DNA of 39,110 nt from an uncultured Myxococcales bacterium (GTDB lineage Bacteria > Desulfobacterota > Binatia > UBA1149 > CAITLU01). Positions within the stretch are counted from its first letter, which is position 1. Each line of letters starts with the position of its first letter. Location of the stretch: the NCBI GenBank assembly GCA_964475235.1, contig CAYYVZ010000002.1, positions 1 to 39,110 on the forward strand, written 5' to 3'. The position numbers were made by a program, and so were the translations under genes. This document shows, piece after piece, positions 1 through 9,406 of the stretch. A model generated the notes under the pieces. That model worked only from the letters and a program-made list of their open reading frames with translations. It was not told the origin of the DNA and did not search any database.

Positions 1-619
<619 letters not shown>

Positions 620-728
620 ATCGTGGTCTCCGAAGAGAAAAGTCCTAAATTTTCGAGAGTCGGTCGGCTCTTGTCATTCAAGAGCGGTGTCTGGATGTTC
701 GCCCCTCGCCAGATCGGGGCTCAACGGC

Positions 729-1148
729 TCACTCCACCAGAACGAGGAGCTGGCCGTCGGAGACCTCCGTTCCTTTGTCCACGGCGATCTTTTTTACAAC
801 ACCGGCGACCAGGGCGGTGATGTCGTTCTCCATCTTCATGGCCTCGAGCTTGACGACGGTCTGCCCGGCCCTGACCTCTTCACCCTCGGCCACGCAGACC
901 TCGGTGATGACGCCCGGGATCGGCGCGACGACGGCGCCGCGGCCGGGAGTGGCCTTTCGCACGGCGGCGCGGGCCGGTGCAGGTCCAGATGGAGCCGTGC
1001 GCGCGGGCGCCTGTCGCGGGACGGGGCCCGGAGCGACCGACTCGACCTCGAAGCTGCAGCCCTCGACGACCACGCGCGCGCCGGAAGCCTGCTCGAGGAC
1101 TTCGACCGTGTATTCCTTGCCGTAGGCTTTTACCTTGTACGTGGCCAT
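729..1148 (-). CDS. Stand-alone biotin carboxyl carrier protein, 139 aa, 1.3S transcarboxylase / decarboxylase gamma-subunit type
   Basis: N-terminus [17 protein letters not shown], a Pro/Ala-rich linker, then a biotinyl domain [34 protein letters not shown]. The biotinyl-lysine codon is K105 (complement of 834-836). The layout matches the 1.3S subunit of transcarboxylase. Confidence 0.85.
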   Translation of the reverse strand: MATYKVKAYGKEYTVEVLEQASGARVVVEGCSFEVESVAPGPVPRQAPARTAPSGPAPARAAVRKATPGRGAVVAPIPGVITEVCVAEGEEVRAGQTVVKLEAMKMENDITALVAGVVKKIAVDKGTEVSDGQLLVLVE

Positions 1149-1190
1149 GTGCGTTTCGGCGGTCTCGACGTTCGGGGGCTCGGCGCGAGC

Positions 1191-1442
1191 TCAGCGCCCG
1201 TGGAATTGACGGAGGTTGGCGATGCGCGCCGATCGTCCCCACGGCGTCGCGGCGCCGGGCACGCGTACGCGCGCGCGCTTTGCGAGGTGGGCCGCCCAGG
1301 CGGCCAGCGCGACGCGCAGCAGCTCGGGGCTGTCGGGTCTGTGGGCAGTACCGCCGGCGTCCGGTGGAACGGTGCGAAACTCGTCTGCCGTCTTTCCCAT
1401 CGTGGATGGTTCCTGTCCCCTGTTCGCGTCGAACGCCGTCAC
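1191..1442 (-). CDS. Small acyl-CoA carboxylase epsilon-like subunit, about 83 aa (start uncertain)
   Basis: The GTG start overlaps the upstream carboxyltransferase stop (GTGA at 1439-1442), suggesting translational coupling. [37 protein letters not shown] resembles the ACC-epsilon pattern of an Ala-rich helix followed by a conserved Trp. GC3 is about 80%. An internal ATG (MGKTADEF) is an alternative start. Confidence 0.5.
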   Translation of the reverse strand: MTAFDANRGQEPSTMGKTADEFRTVPPDAGGTAHRPDSPELLRVALAAWAAHLAKRARVRVPGAATPWGRSARIANLRQFHGR

Positions 1443-2989
1443 AGCGGGATGTTGCCGTGCTTCTTCGGCGGACGGGTGTCTTTCTTGTTGGCGAGCATGG
1501 CCAGCGACTGCGCGATGCGGATGCGCGTCTGCGACGGCAGGATCACTTCGTCGATGTAACCGAGCTCGGCGGCGCGGAACGGAGTCGCGAAACGCCCCCG
1601 GTAGTCGTCGACCAGCTCCTTGCGCCTGGCCTCGGCGTCCGGTGCGTCCTTCAGGTCACCCCGGAAGATGATGCTCACCGCGCCGTCGGCGCCCATCACG
1701 GCGATCTCGGCGGACGGGTACGCGAGGTTCACGTCCGCGCGCGTGTGCTTGGGCCCCATGACGCAGTAGGCGCCGCCGTAGGCCTTGCGCGTGATCACCG
1801 TGATCTTCGGCACCGTCGCTTCGGCGTACGCGTACACGATCTTGGCACCGTGGCGGATGATGCCGCTCCACTCCTGCTGTGTGCCCGGCAGGAAGCCGGG
1901 GACGTCCACGAAGCTGACGACGGGGATGTTGAAACAGTCGGCGAACCGGATGAAGCGTGCGAGCTTGTTCGAGGCGTTGCTGTCGAGGCAGCCCGCGAGG
2001 TGCTGGGGCTGGTTGGCAGAGATCGCAATCGAACGGCCGCCGATGCGCGCGAAACCGACGATGGCGTTCTTCGCGTAGTGCGCATGCACCTCGAAGAAGC
2101 TGCCGGCGTCGACCGTCGCCTCGATGATCCTGTGCATGTCGTAGGGCTGGTTCGAGTTTTCGGGAACCACGCCGTCGAGCTCGGGCGTGAGGCGGTCCAC
2201 GGGATCGTCCGACGCGAACGCCGGCGGGTCGTCGACGTTGTTCGACGGCAGGTAGCTGAGCAGCGTTCGAACCTGGAGGATGCAGTCCTCGTCGTTCTCG
2301 GCGAGAAAGTGCGCAACGCCGCTCTTCGTGTTGTGCGAGAAGGCTCCGCCGAGGTCTTCCTGGGTCACTTCTTCGCGCGTCACCGACTTGATGACGTCGG
2401 GACCGGTCAGGAACATGTAGCTCGTCTGATCGACCATCAGGATGAAGTCGGTCAGCGCCGGCGAGTACGAAGCACCGCCGGCGCACGGTCCCATGATCGC
2501 CGAGATCTGCGGCACGACTCCCGATGCCAGCGTGTTCATCGTGAAGATTTCGGAGAAGCCGGCGAGGCTCTCGACGCCTTCCTGGATGCGTGCTCCGCCC
2601 GAATCGTTGAGGCCGACGACTGGAGCCCCGGCCTTCATCGCCAGGTCCACGATCTTGCAGATCTTGTCGGACTGCGCGTGGCTCAGGCTGCCGCCGAGCA
2701 CCGTGAAATCCTGCGCGAACGCGAAGACCGTGCGGCCGTCCACGTTGCCGTAGCCGGTGACGATGCCGTCGCCCGGGATGCGCTGCTCGTCCATCCCGAA
2801 GTCGTCGCAGCGGTGAGTCTTGAGCTTGTCGAACTCGACGAAGGTGCCGCTGTCGAACAGAAGGTCGATTCGCTCGCGGGCAGTGAGCAGGCCTTTCTCG
2901 TGGCGGGCGGCGATGCGCTTCGGGCCGCCGCCTGCGTCGGCCTGGGCGGTGCGCCTGTGGAGCTCGTCGAGGACTTCCTTGAGTGCCAT
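1439..2989 (-). CDS. Acyl-CoA carboxyltransferase, 516 aa; propionyl-CoA carboxylase beta / methylmalonyl-CoA carboxyltransferase 12S type
   Basis: Full-length match by eye to the PccB/12S family: [114 protein letters not shown]. The track ORF (1439-3349) extends 120 codons upstream, but that extension is Arg/Ser-rich junk. The ATG at 2989 gives the canonical N-terminus. Confidence 0.92.
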   Translation of the reverse strand: MALKEVLDELHRRTAQADAGGGPKRIAARHEKGLLTARERIDLLFDSGTFVEFDKLKTHRCDDFGMDEQRIPGDGIVTGYGNVDGRTVFAFAQDFTVLGGSLSHAQSDKICKIVDLAMKAGAPVVGLNDSGGARIQEGVESLAGFSEIFTMNTLASGVVPQISAIMGPCAGGASYSPALTDFILMVDQTSYMFLTGPDVIKSVTREEVTQEDLGGAFSHNTKSGVAHFLAENDEDCILQVRTLLSYLPSNNVDDPPAFASDDPVDRLTPELDGVVPENSNQPYDMHRIIEATVDAGSFFEVHAHYAKNAIVGFARIGGRSIAISANQPQHLAGCLDSNASNKLARFIRFADCFNIPVVSFVDVPGFLPGTQQEWSGIIRHGAKIVYAYAEATVPKITVITRKAYGGAYCVMGPKHTRADVNLAYPSAEIAVMGADGAVSIIFRGDLKDAPDAEARRKELVDDYRGRFATPFRAAELGYIDEVILPSQTRIRIAQSLAMLANKKDTRPPKKHGNIPL

Positions 2990-3474
2990 TCCGTTCTCGT
3001 GTTTCCGCCTGGAGGAGGGCGTATCTGCGGCGCCTTTTCCGTCGACTGGACGGGAAAGCGCGTCTCCGCGGCAGGGGCCCGCCGCAGCCCGGGCACCCCT
3101 CGAAACGAGTTGGAGCCGTACTAGCAAGCACGTTTCGCGAGAGCGACCGGCGACGCCGCTGGAGTGGTAGCGACGGGCGCGGCTCCCGCTCGTGCGCGAG
3201 TCCGATCTGGCGAGCGCAACGGCTGCGGCGGGCGATGGCGCCGAAGCGCCGGTCGATGCGCGCGGCCGGCTGCTGGAGACCTGCGGCGGAGACTTCCATG
3301 CGCGGCAACTTCGGCGCACGCACAGTCGTTCGGCGCGACGGTCAACCATCTCTGCGACCTGCCGCGCATGGTCATGGACCGTCCACCCTTGGGGCTTGAT
3401 TGTCCCCGGAAACGCGCTACCAAGCGAGACCCGCTCGCCCTGCCGTGGGGCCCGGTCAACACGGAATCACGCCT

Positions 3475-5133
3475 ATGTCGCAACGTTCGTATTCGCTCGA
3501 GAATCCGCTCGCGTCCGTATCCACGGACAGCGCCGCCACATCCGCCGCGTCCTCCCCCTACGACCTTGCGCTTTCGATGGGCCGCGAGCTGATCGACAAG
3601 CCGCTCGCCGGTGGCGGGCTGCGCCGCGTGATGGTGCAGCACGAAAAGCAGCGGATGACGGTGTGGGAGCGCATCAAGGTCCTGACCGACAGCGAACCCA
3701 ACTTCCTGTGGCAGAACTGGGGGCCGAACCTCGACGGCGCCTCGATCGTCACCGGCATCGTGAGCATGAAGGGCCGCGACGTCGCGGTCTACGGCCACGA
3801 TTTCACTCTGCGCGCCGGCTCGATGGACGCGACCAACGGCGCGAAGCTCGCGCGTCTCATCTACATGGCGGGTGAGAAGGGCATTCCGCTGATCGGCATG
3901 AACGACTCGGCCGGCGCCTTCGTGCCGGCGGGCGTCGGTGGCCTCGACGGCTACAGCGAAGCCTTCACCGCGCTGAGAAAAATCTCCGGCGTCGTGCCGA
4001 GCGTGATGTGCATGTTCGGCTTCAACGCCGGCGGCGGTTCCTACCTCCCGCGCCAGGGATCGTTCATGATCCAGTGCGACGGCACGTTCTTCGGCCTCAC
4101 CGGCCCGGGCGTCGTCAAGAGCGTCCTCGGCGAGGACATCAGCGCCGACGATCTCGGCGGCCCGCGCGTGCACGGCCAGAGCGGAGTCGTCGACCTGGTG
4201 ACGAACGACGAGCTCGGATCCTTGCGTACCGCGATCCGGCTGCTGTCCTACCTTCCCGACAACAACCGCTCGTTCGCACCGCTGGTGCCGACGAACGATC
4301 CGGTCGATCGCTTCACGCCCGAAGAGGACGTGCTGTTCCGCAAGACTTTCTCGAGCCACGCCGGCTTCAACGCCCCGCTCGAGATCACGCTGTACCTGCA
4401 GCAGATCTGCGACCACGGCGAATACTTCGAGCTCCAGCCGCAGCGCGCGCGCAACCTGATCACGGCGTTCGGCCGCCTGGGCGGGCACGTCGTGGGCTTC
4501 GTCGCGAACAACAGCGCCGTGTCGTCGGGCCAGATCGACATCGCGGCCGCGACCAAGGGCACGCGCTTCATTCGCTTCTGCAACCTCTACAACATCCCGC
4601 TGATCTTCATCGAGGACACCACGGGATTCCTGCCGGGCAGTGCGCAGGAGCACAACGGAATCGTGCTCGCCGGCAGGAAGCTCCTCGACTCGATCATCGA
4701 CGTTCGCACCCCGCGCATCACGCTGATCATCCGCAATGCGTTCGGCGGTGCGTATGCCGCGTACAATTCGCACTTCACCGGAGCGGACATGGTGTTCGCG
4801 CTACCGACGGCACGCATCGCGGTAATGGGGCCCGCGGGTCGCGAGTACGTGTACAAGGACGAGCTCGCCGCGATTCAGGAGAAGCACCGGGCCGCGATCC
4901 GCTCCGGCGCTTCCGAGCAGGACGCGGCGAGCGAACGCGACCGCGAGCTCGCGCTGCTCTCGCAGAAGTACGAACGCGAGCTGATGAACCCGAAGGAAGC
5001 GCTCTCGCTGGGGTCGGTGTCGAGTATCGTGATGCCCGGCACCACGCGCCGCGTGCTCGCGAAAAACCTGCTGTTCCTGATCAGCAAATACCAGCCGGCA
5101 CCGATGAGCGGCGTGCAACGGGAGTTCGAGTGA
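3475..5133 (+). CDS. Second, divergent acyl-CoA carboxyltransferase, 552 aa; GcdA / MCC-beta-like by recollection; substrate unknown
   Basis: Carboxyl-transferase motifs are present: [88 protein letters not shown]. The C-terminus ends in ...GVQREFE. I prefer the ATG at 3475 to the TTG at 3400. The stop TGA (5131-5133) overlaps the next gene's ATG. Confidence 0.88.
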   Translation: MSQRSYSLENPLASVSTDSAATSAASSPYDLALSMGRELIDKPLAGGGLRRVMVQHEKQRMTVWERIKVLTDSEPNFLWQNWGPNLDGASIVTGIVSMKGRDVAVYGHDFTLRAGSMDATNGAKLARLIYMAGEKGIPLIGMNDSAGAFVPAGVGGLDGYSEAFTALRKISGVVPSVMCMFGFNAGGGSYLPRQGSFMIQCDGTFFGLTGPGVVKSVLGEDISADDLGGPRVHGQSGVVDLVTNDELGSLRTAIRLLSYLPDNNRSFAPLVPTNDPVDRFTPEEDVLFRKTFSSHAGFNAPLEITLYLQQICDHGEYFELQPQRARNLITAFGRLGGHVVGFVANNSAVSSGQIDIAAATKGTRFIRFCNLYNIPLIFIEDTTGFLPGSAQEHNGIVLAGRKLLDSIIDVRTPRITLIIRNAFGGAYAAYNSHFTGADMVFALPTARIAVMGPAGREYVYKDELAAIQEKHRAAIRSGASEQDAASERDRELALLSQKYERELMNPKEALSLGSVSSIVMPGTTRRVLAKNLLFLISKYQPAPMSGVQREFE

Positions 5134-7901
5134 TGCTGGATCGCGATCTCACGCCGGCACGCTTCCACGAGTCCGAGTCGCCCTGGCTCCGGTCGCTTTC
5201 GCTCGAGCACGTGAAGTGCCTGATCGTGTGTCGCGGGCCGGTGCGCAAGGAGGCGATGGACGTCTTCGACCAGATGGGCATCCGCGAGTACGGAATGCTG
5301 CTGTCGGAGAAAGACTCGATCGTCTATCCCAAGTGCCTCGCGCCGGAGCTGCGCGGCTTCCGGTTCCCCGAGAGCGTGCATCGCATTCCCGAGTACATGG
5401 GCTCGGGCCAGGAAGAAAAGACGAGGCGCATCGGCGAGATCATCGAGATCGCCACGAGCCACGGCTACACGCACATCTTCGCGGGGTACGGCTTCATGGC
5501 CGAGGACGCGGAGTTCGTGCGCGCGATCGAGGCTTCGGGACTCAGGTTCATGGGCCCGTCCTCGCACGTCGCGGACGGCGCCGGCGCGAAGGACCAGGCG
5601 AAGAAGCTGGCGCGCAGCATCGGGGTGTCGGTGACGCCGGGAGTCGACAACCCGTCGGCACTCGCGCTGATTCGCAAGGCCGGCGACTTCGCGGGCCTCG
5701 AGAAGATCGCGAAAGAGCACGCGCTCGAAGCCGGGTTGAAAGCGAAGAAGCCGCTCGAAGAGAATGCCGAGCTGGTGCTGCAGGCCGGCTACCAGAAGCT
5801 GGTCGAGCTCGTGACGATCGCCGACCTCCAGAACGAGGCGGCGATCCGCTGCGACGAGATCTGGAAGGACAACCCGGGCCGCCGGCTTCGCTTCAAGTAC
5901 ATCGGCGGCGGTGGCGGCAAGGGCCAGCGCGTGATCTCCGAGCCGGGCCAGGTCCGCGGCGCGGTGATGGACATCCTGGCCGAGTCCAAGGTCGTCGCGC
6001 CCGGCGCGAACCGGAACTTCCTGATCGAGCTCAACGTCGAGACGACCAGACACAACGAGATCCAGCTCATCGGCAACGGCAAGTGGTGCCTGGCGCTCGG
6101 CGGCCGCGACTGCTCCGTGCAGATGCACGAGCAGAAGCTGGTCGAGGTGTCGCTGACCGACGAGCAACTCGACGTCGAGATCGCCGCCGCAAAGAAGGCC
6201 GAGAAGACGAGCGGCGCGAAGGCGCGCGTCAAGGCACTGGAGAACGACAAGACCGTCCTCGCCCGCATGGAGAAGGAAGGCGAGACCTTCGGCGAGGCGG
6301 TGAAGCTCGACTCGGTGTCGACCTTCGAGGTGATCGTCGAGTCCGACCGCCACTATTTCATGGAGGTGAACACGCGCATCCAGGTCGAGCACCGGGTGAC
6401 CGAGCAGGTGTATCGCCTGAAGTTCACCAACCCGGCCGACAAGAGCGAGTGCTTCTACCTGGACTCCCTGATCGAGGCGATGGCGCTGCTCTCGGTTCAC
6501 GGAGAGAAGCTCGACAAGCCCGAGCGCGTGGTCCGTAACCTCGCGGGTGCGGAGGTGCGCATCAACGCGACGAATGCCGCGCTGCAACCGCACGCGGGCG
6601 GCGTGATCGTGAGCTGGTCGCCGGCCGTGGCCGGCGAGCTGCGCGACGACCAGGGCATCGGCATTCCGAACCCCGATACGAAGACGTTCGTGCACTACAA
6701 TCTCGCGGGCGCGTACGACTCGAACGTCGCCCTGACCATCACGCACGGAGATTCCCGCGAGGACGTGCTGACGCGGCTCGCGGACATCCTGCGCCGGACC
6801 GAGATGCGCGGCTACGATCTCGAGACCAACCTGCTCGTGCACTACGGCCTTCTGAGCTGGATGCTCGGCCACGAGCCCCTCGTCAAACCGACGACCCAGT
6901 TCATGAACTTCTACCTCGCCGGCGTCGGTGCGCTGGACATGGCGGCGCGCGACCTCGACCTCGCGCATGCGTGGAAGAGCCTGCTGCGAGCGCAGGACCC
7001 CGAGGCGCGCAAGGTCCTCGAGCTGAAGCAGACCCTGTTTCTACGCCCGATCGAACGCATGCTCGACAACGCGCATCTGCTCGCCGGATTCGTCGGCCGC
7101 TATCAGGGAAGGCTGTTCGCGCGCGACGGAGAGCGGTATCGCTTCCTCGGGAACCCGATCGATGCGCTCGAAGCGCTCCACCACTACCTGAACCTTGAGC
7201 CGCGCGCCGGCCGTGCGCCGATCGACATGATCTGGGACCACGATCAGAGGATCCTGGACGAAGCGCGCGGCTTCTACGCCGACGTTGCGAAGGCGCTCGG
7301 TACCGACGACTACGCGAAGATCGACGAGGTGTTGTGCGGCGAAAAGCCGCCCTCGCGCCTGCCCGCCGATCGCTTCGCGGCCTGCAAGGCCGCACACGCC
7401 GGCTTCCAGCTCGGCTCGAAGATCCTGCTGCTGCTTCCGACGCTCGCGCGCGTGTCGTCGTTCGACGAGATCACGGTGAACGAGAAGCTCGAGCCCGTGT
7501 TTCCGCCGGTGTTCACCGATGCGAAGACGCGCGCCGACCTGCACAAGGCGCTGGCGCCGGCTCCCAAGACCAGCTCGGACGAGATCCTCACTCCGGTTGG
7601 CGGCATGTTCTACGCACGCGAGGCGCCTCATCTCCCGCCGCTGGCGCACGAAGGCATGCACTTCGTCGCCGGCCAGCCGCTCTTCGTGATCGAGGTCATG
7701 AAGATGTTCAACAAGGTCTCGGTGCCGTTCTCGGGAACGATCACGCGGGTCCTGCTGCCGGACGGCGACGGCAGGATCGTCAAGAAGGGCGAAATCATCT
7801 TCAAGATCGAGCCCGACGACAAGCGGGTGGAAGAGAGCGCAGAAGAGATCGCCGCGCGCAGGAAATCGCAGACGGAGAAGCTGCTCGGCGCGATCGGTTA
7901 G
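5133..7901 (+). CDS. Atypical biotin carboxylase - long linker - BCCP fusion protein, 922 aa
   Basis: ATP-grasp biotin carboxylase motifs: KYIGGGGGKGQRV, LGGRDCSVQMHEQKLVEV, FMEVNTRIQVEHRVTE. A C-terminal AccB-type biotinyl domain reads TPVGGMFYAREAP...FVIEVMKMFNKV, with the K857 codon at 7701-7703. The track ORF starts at 4008, but its first 375 codons overlap the upstream carboxyltransferase in another frame. The real start is the ATG at 5133, inside TGATG. Confidence 0.88.
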   Translation: MLDRDLTPARFHESESPWLRSLSLEHVKCLIVCRGPVRKEAMDVFDQMGIREYGMLLSEKDSIVYPKCLAPELRGFRFPESVHRIPEYMGSGQEEKTRRIGEIIEIATSHGYTHIFAGYGFMAEDAEFVRAIEASGLRFMGPSSHVADGAGAKDQAKKLARSIGVSVTPGVDNPSALALIRKAGDFAGLEKIAKEHALEAGLKAKKPLEENAELVLQAGYQKLVELVTIADLQNEAAIRCDEIWKDNPGRRLRFKYIGGGGGKGQRVISEPGQVRGAVMDILAESKVVAPGANRNFLIELNVETTRHNEIQLIGNGKWCLALGGRDCSVQMHEQKLVEVSLTDEQLDVEIAAAKKAEKTSGAKARVKALENDKTVLARMEKEGETFGEAVKLDSVSTFEVIVESDRHYFMEVNTRIQVEHRVTEQVYRLKFTNPADKSECFYLDSLIEAMALLSVHGEKLDKPERVVRNLAGAEVRINATNAALQPHAGGVIVSWSPAVAGELRDDQGIGIPNPDTKTFVHYNLAGAYDSNVALTITHGDSREDVLTRLADILRRTEMRGYDLETNLLVHYGLLSWMLGHEPLVKPTTQFMNFYLAGVGALDMAARDLDLAHAWKSLLRAQDPEARKVLELKQTLFLRPIERMLDNAHLLAGFVGRYQGRLFARDGERYRFLGNPIDALEALHHYLNLEPRAGRAPIDMIWDHDQRILDEARGFYADVAKALGTDDYAKIDEVLCGEKPPSRLPADRFAACKAAHAGFQLGSKILLLLPTLARVSSFDEITVNEKLEPVFPPVFTDAKTRADLHKALAPAPKTSSDEILTPVGGMFYAREAPHLPPLAHEGMHFVAGQPLFVIEVMKMFNKVSVPFSGTITRVLLPDGDGRIVKKGEIIFKIEPDDKRVEESAEEIAARRKSQTEKLLGAIG

Positions 7902-7951
7902 GCCTTTGTTTGCACGGCGCCCCGGGTGGGTGGCGCAACGAGCCACGGCGG

Positions 7952-8629
7952 TCAGGTAGAACTCGGCTCGTCGTCTCCGGTCTCTCGCACGTTCGGAGGA
8001 AAGAGCTCCTCCGCCTGGAGTCGCAGTTCGAAGCGGGTCGGCGGGAGCAGGTCGTCCCCGCTCGCGATGCCGCTGTTCCGATAGACGCGGCCGCCCGCGA
8101 CGGGCTCGGCGAACCATTCCACCTGCCGCTTTCGCAGATTGATGATCCAGTAGTTCTCGATGCCGGCTGCGGCGTAGATGCGGGACTTGCTAAGGCGGTC
8201 CTGGGCGAGCGTGCTGTCGGCGACTTCGACGGCGAGCAGGCAAGTGCCGGGATGCTCGAACTGCCACTCGTCTTCGCGTGCTGGGACGACGGCGATGTCG
8301 GGTTCAGGAACAGAGTAGTTACCGGCGCTCACGGGAAGCTGGCATCGCACGATTGCGCGACCCTCGAGAAGCCTTGTGAGTCTGGTGGTGATTCGCCAGG
8401 TCGTTGCCGCATGCGCCGGGTTCTGCGGAGACCTCGAGACGATGAGCCCGTCGAGCAGCTCGACCCGTTCGCCTGCCTCGAGCTTGCCGTCCTCGACGAG
8501 CTGAAAGTACTCCTTCGCGGAGTAGCGGCAGGCCTCGTCGCGGGAGGATTCCACGAGAGGGAAGCTAACAGATGGCGGAAGGGGCGGGAAGGGCACCCCC
8601 AGCCGACGGTCCGACGCAACACGATTCAT
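7952..8629 (-). CDS. Uma2 (DUF820) family putative endonuclease
   Basis: YSAKEYFQLVEDGKLEAGERVELLDGLIVSRSPQNPAHAA...PEPDIAVVP...LLAVEVADSTLAQDRLSKSRIYAAAGIENYWIINL is the typical Uma2 core. The start is uncertain: ATG at 8629 or 8656, or GTG at 8554. The upstream part of the 423-aa track ORF is antisense to vapBC and I reject it. Confidence 0.8.
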   Translation of the reverse strand: MNRVASDRRLGVPFPPLPPSVSFPLVESSRDEACRYSAKEYFQLVEDGKLEAGERVELLDGLIVSRSPQNPAHAATTWRITTRLTRLLEGRAIVRCQLPVSAGNYSVPEPDIAVVPAREDEWQFEHPGTCLLAVEVADSTLAQDRLSKSRIYAAAGIENYWIINLRKRQVEWFAEPVAGGRVYRNSGIASGDDLLPPTRFELRLQAEELFPPNVRETGDDEPSST

Positions 8630-8698
8630 GACGCGCCTGTCATCGACTGCGTTCATGACATCGCGGAGCTTGCCGCCACATCGTGTTTTCCGCCATGT

Positions 8699-8714
8699 TG
8701 ATATCGTGATATCA
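8699..8714. promoter_or_regulatory. Perfect 7-bp inverted repeat TGATATC-GT-GATATCA, 9 nt upstream of vapB; putative antitoxin operator
   Basis: Read directly from the sequence at 8699-8714, in the divergent gap between the Uma2 and vapB starts. Ribbon-helix-helix antitoxins normally autoregulate through palindromes that overlap their own promoter. Confidence 0.45.
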
Positions 8715-8723
8715 GCCGGAGTC

Positions 8724-8972
8724 ATGGCCCAGCTCGTCGTTCGCGACCTCGAGGAAGAGGTCAAGCGCCGTCTGCAGCGACTCGCGCGACGCCACGGGCG
8801 GAGCATGGAGGCCGAGGCCCGCGAGATTCTCCGCGCCGCGGTTTCCGCCGAGCGTCGCGAACCGGGGCCGCTCGGGAAGCGCCTCGCTTCCCGCTTCGCC
8901 GGCATTGGACTCGACGCTTCGATTCCAGAGTTGCGCGGGCAGGGAGCGAAGCCGGTCAGGTTCCGCAAGTGA
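8724..8972 (+). CDS. vapB: Ribbon-helix-helix (FitA/Arc-like) antitoxin of a VapBC pair, 82 aa
   Basis: MAQLVVRDLEEEVKRRLQRLARRHGRSMEAEAREILRAAV is a classic FitA-like RHH N-terminus. Its stop overlaps the vapC GTG start (GTGA at 8969-8972). Confidence 0.85.
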   Translation: MAQLVVRDLEEEVKRRLQRLARRHGRSMEAEAREILRAAVSAERREPGPLGKRLASRFAGIGLDASIPELRGQGAKPVRFRK

Positions 8973-9388
8973 TCATTCTCGATACGAACGTTCTCTCGGC
9001 GCTGATGATGAGCCGGCCCGAGAAGCAGGTGGTGGACTGGCTGGACGCCCAGCCCTCGGAATCCATCTGGACGACCAGCGTTACGGTGTTCGAAGTGTCG
9101 TTCGGCCTGGCCATTCTCCCCAAGGGAAAGCGGCGCACGTCGCTCGAGCAGGCATTCGCGGACGCCCTGGCCGAAGATCTCGGCGATCGCGTGCTGGCGT
9201 TCGACGAGGATGCCGCGCGACACGCAGCCGCTCTGGCTGCGCGCGCTCGGCGTTCAGGCGGCCCCGTCGAGATTCGCGATGTTCAGATCGCCGGGATCGC
9301 GGCTGCCCGGCGCGCGTCGCTCGCGACGCGCAACTCGAAGCACTTCGAAGCATTCGGCACGAAGCTGATCGACCCCTGGCGACTCTGA
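8969..9388 (+). CDS. vapC: PIN-domain ribonuclease toxin, 139 aa
   Basis: MIILDTNVLSALM (first acidic residue), VFEVSFG (Glu), IRDVQIAGIAAARRASLATRNSKHF (conserved Asp and TRN motif). It has a 4-nt overlap with vapB. Confidence 0.9.
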   Translation: MIILDTNVLSALMMSRPEKQVVDWLDAQPSESIWTTSVTVFEVSFGLAILPKGKRRTSLEQAFADALAEDLGDRVLAFDEDAARHAAALAARARRSGGPVEIRDVQIAGIAAARRASLATRNSKHFEAFGTKLIDPWRL

Positions 9389-9406
9389 GAGGATCTCGCG
9401 GCGCGC

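Noticed and set aside
977-3124. 715-aa plus-strand ORF, with the companion ORFs 1656-3323(-) and 1216-1671(+), overlapping the carboxyltransferase operon
   Set aside because: The translations are Arg/Ala/Pro/Gly-rich with no recognisable motifs. They are alternate-frame or antisense shadows of the strongly supported 1439-2989 gene, as expected in ~70% GC DNA where stop codons are rare.
2990-3349. 120-codon N-terminal extension of the PccB-like ORF (track start at 3349)
   Set aside because: The extension ([32 protein letters not shown]...) is low-complexity and unlike any carboxyltransferase N-terminus. The ATG at 2989 gives the canonical MALKEVL...GGG...HxxGKLTARER start.
4008-5132. First 375 codons of the 1297-aa track ORF 4008-7901
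   Set aside because: This part overlaps the well-supported carboxyltransferase (3475-5133) in a different frame and translates to Arg/Pro-rich sequence. The biotin carboxylase starts at the ATG at 5133, coupled to the upstream stop.
4875-6968. 697-aa minus-strand ORF antisense to the biotin carboxylase gene. The same pattern applies to 21885-24380(+), 24381-26066(+), 26316-29399(+), 27718-29691(-), 29667-30887(-), 30740-32335(-), 31578-33290(-), 35221-37254(-) and 36771-38216(-).
   Set aside because: All are antisense or out-of-frame to genes with clear family motifs. Their compositions are dominated by Arg, Ala, Gly, Asp and His, and none shows a catalytic or structural motif. They are typical high-GC shadow ORFs.
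7902-7951. Possible terminator between the convergent BC-BCCP and Uma2 genes (GCGCC-ccgggtgggt-GGCGC)
   Set aside because: The stem is only 5 bp with a 10-nt loop and no U-tract. That is too weak to call as a feature.
8630-9223. Upstream two-thirds of the 423-aa minus-strand ORF 7952-9223
   Set aside because: Only the last ~225 codons match the Uma2 family. The rest is antisense to the convincing vapB-vapC pair and is Arg/Ser-rich.
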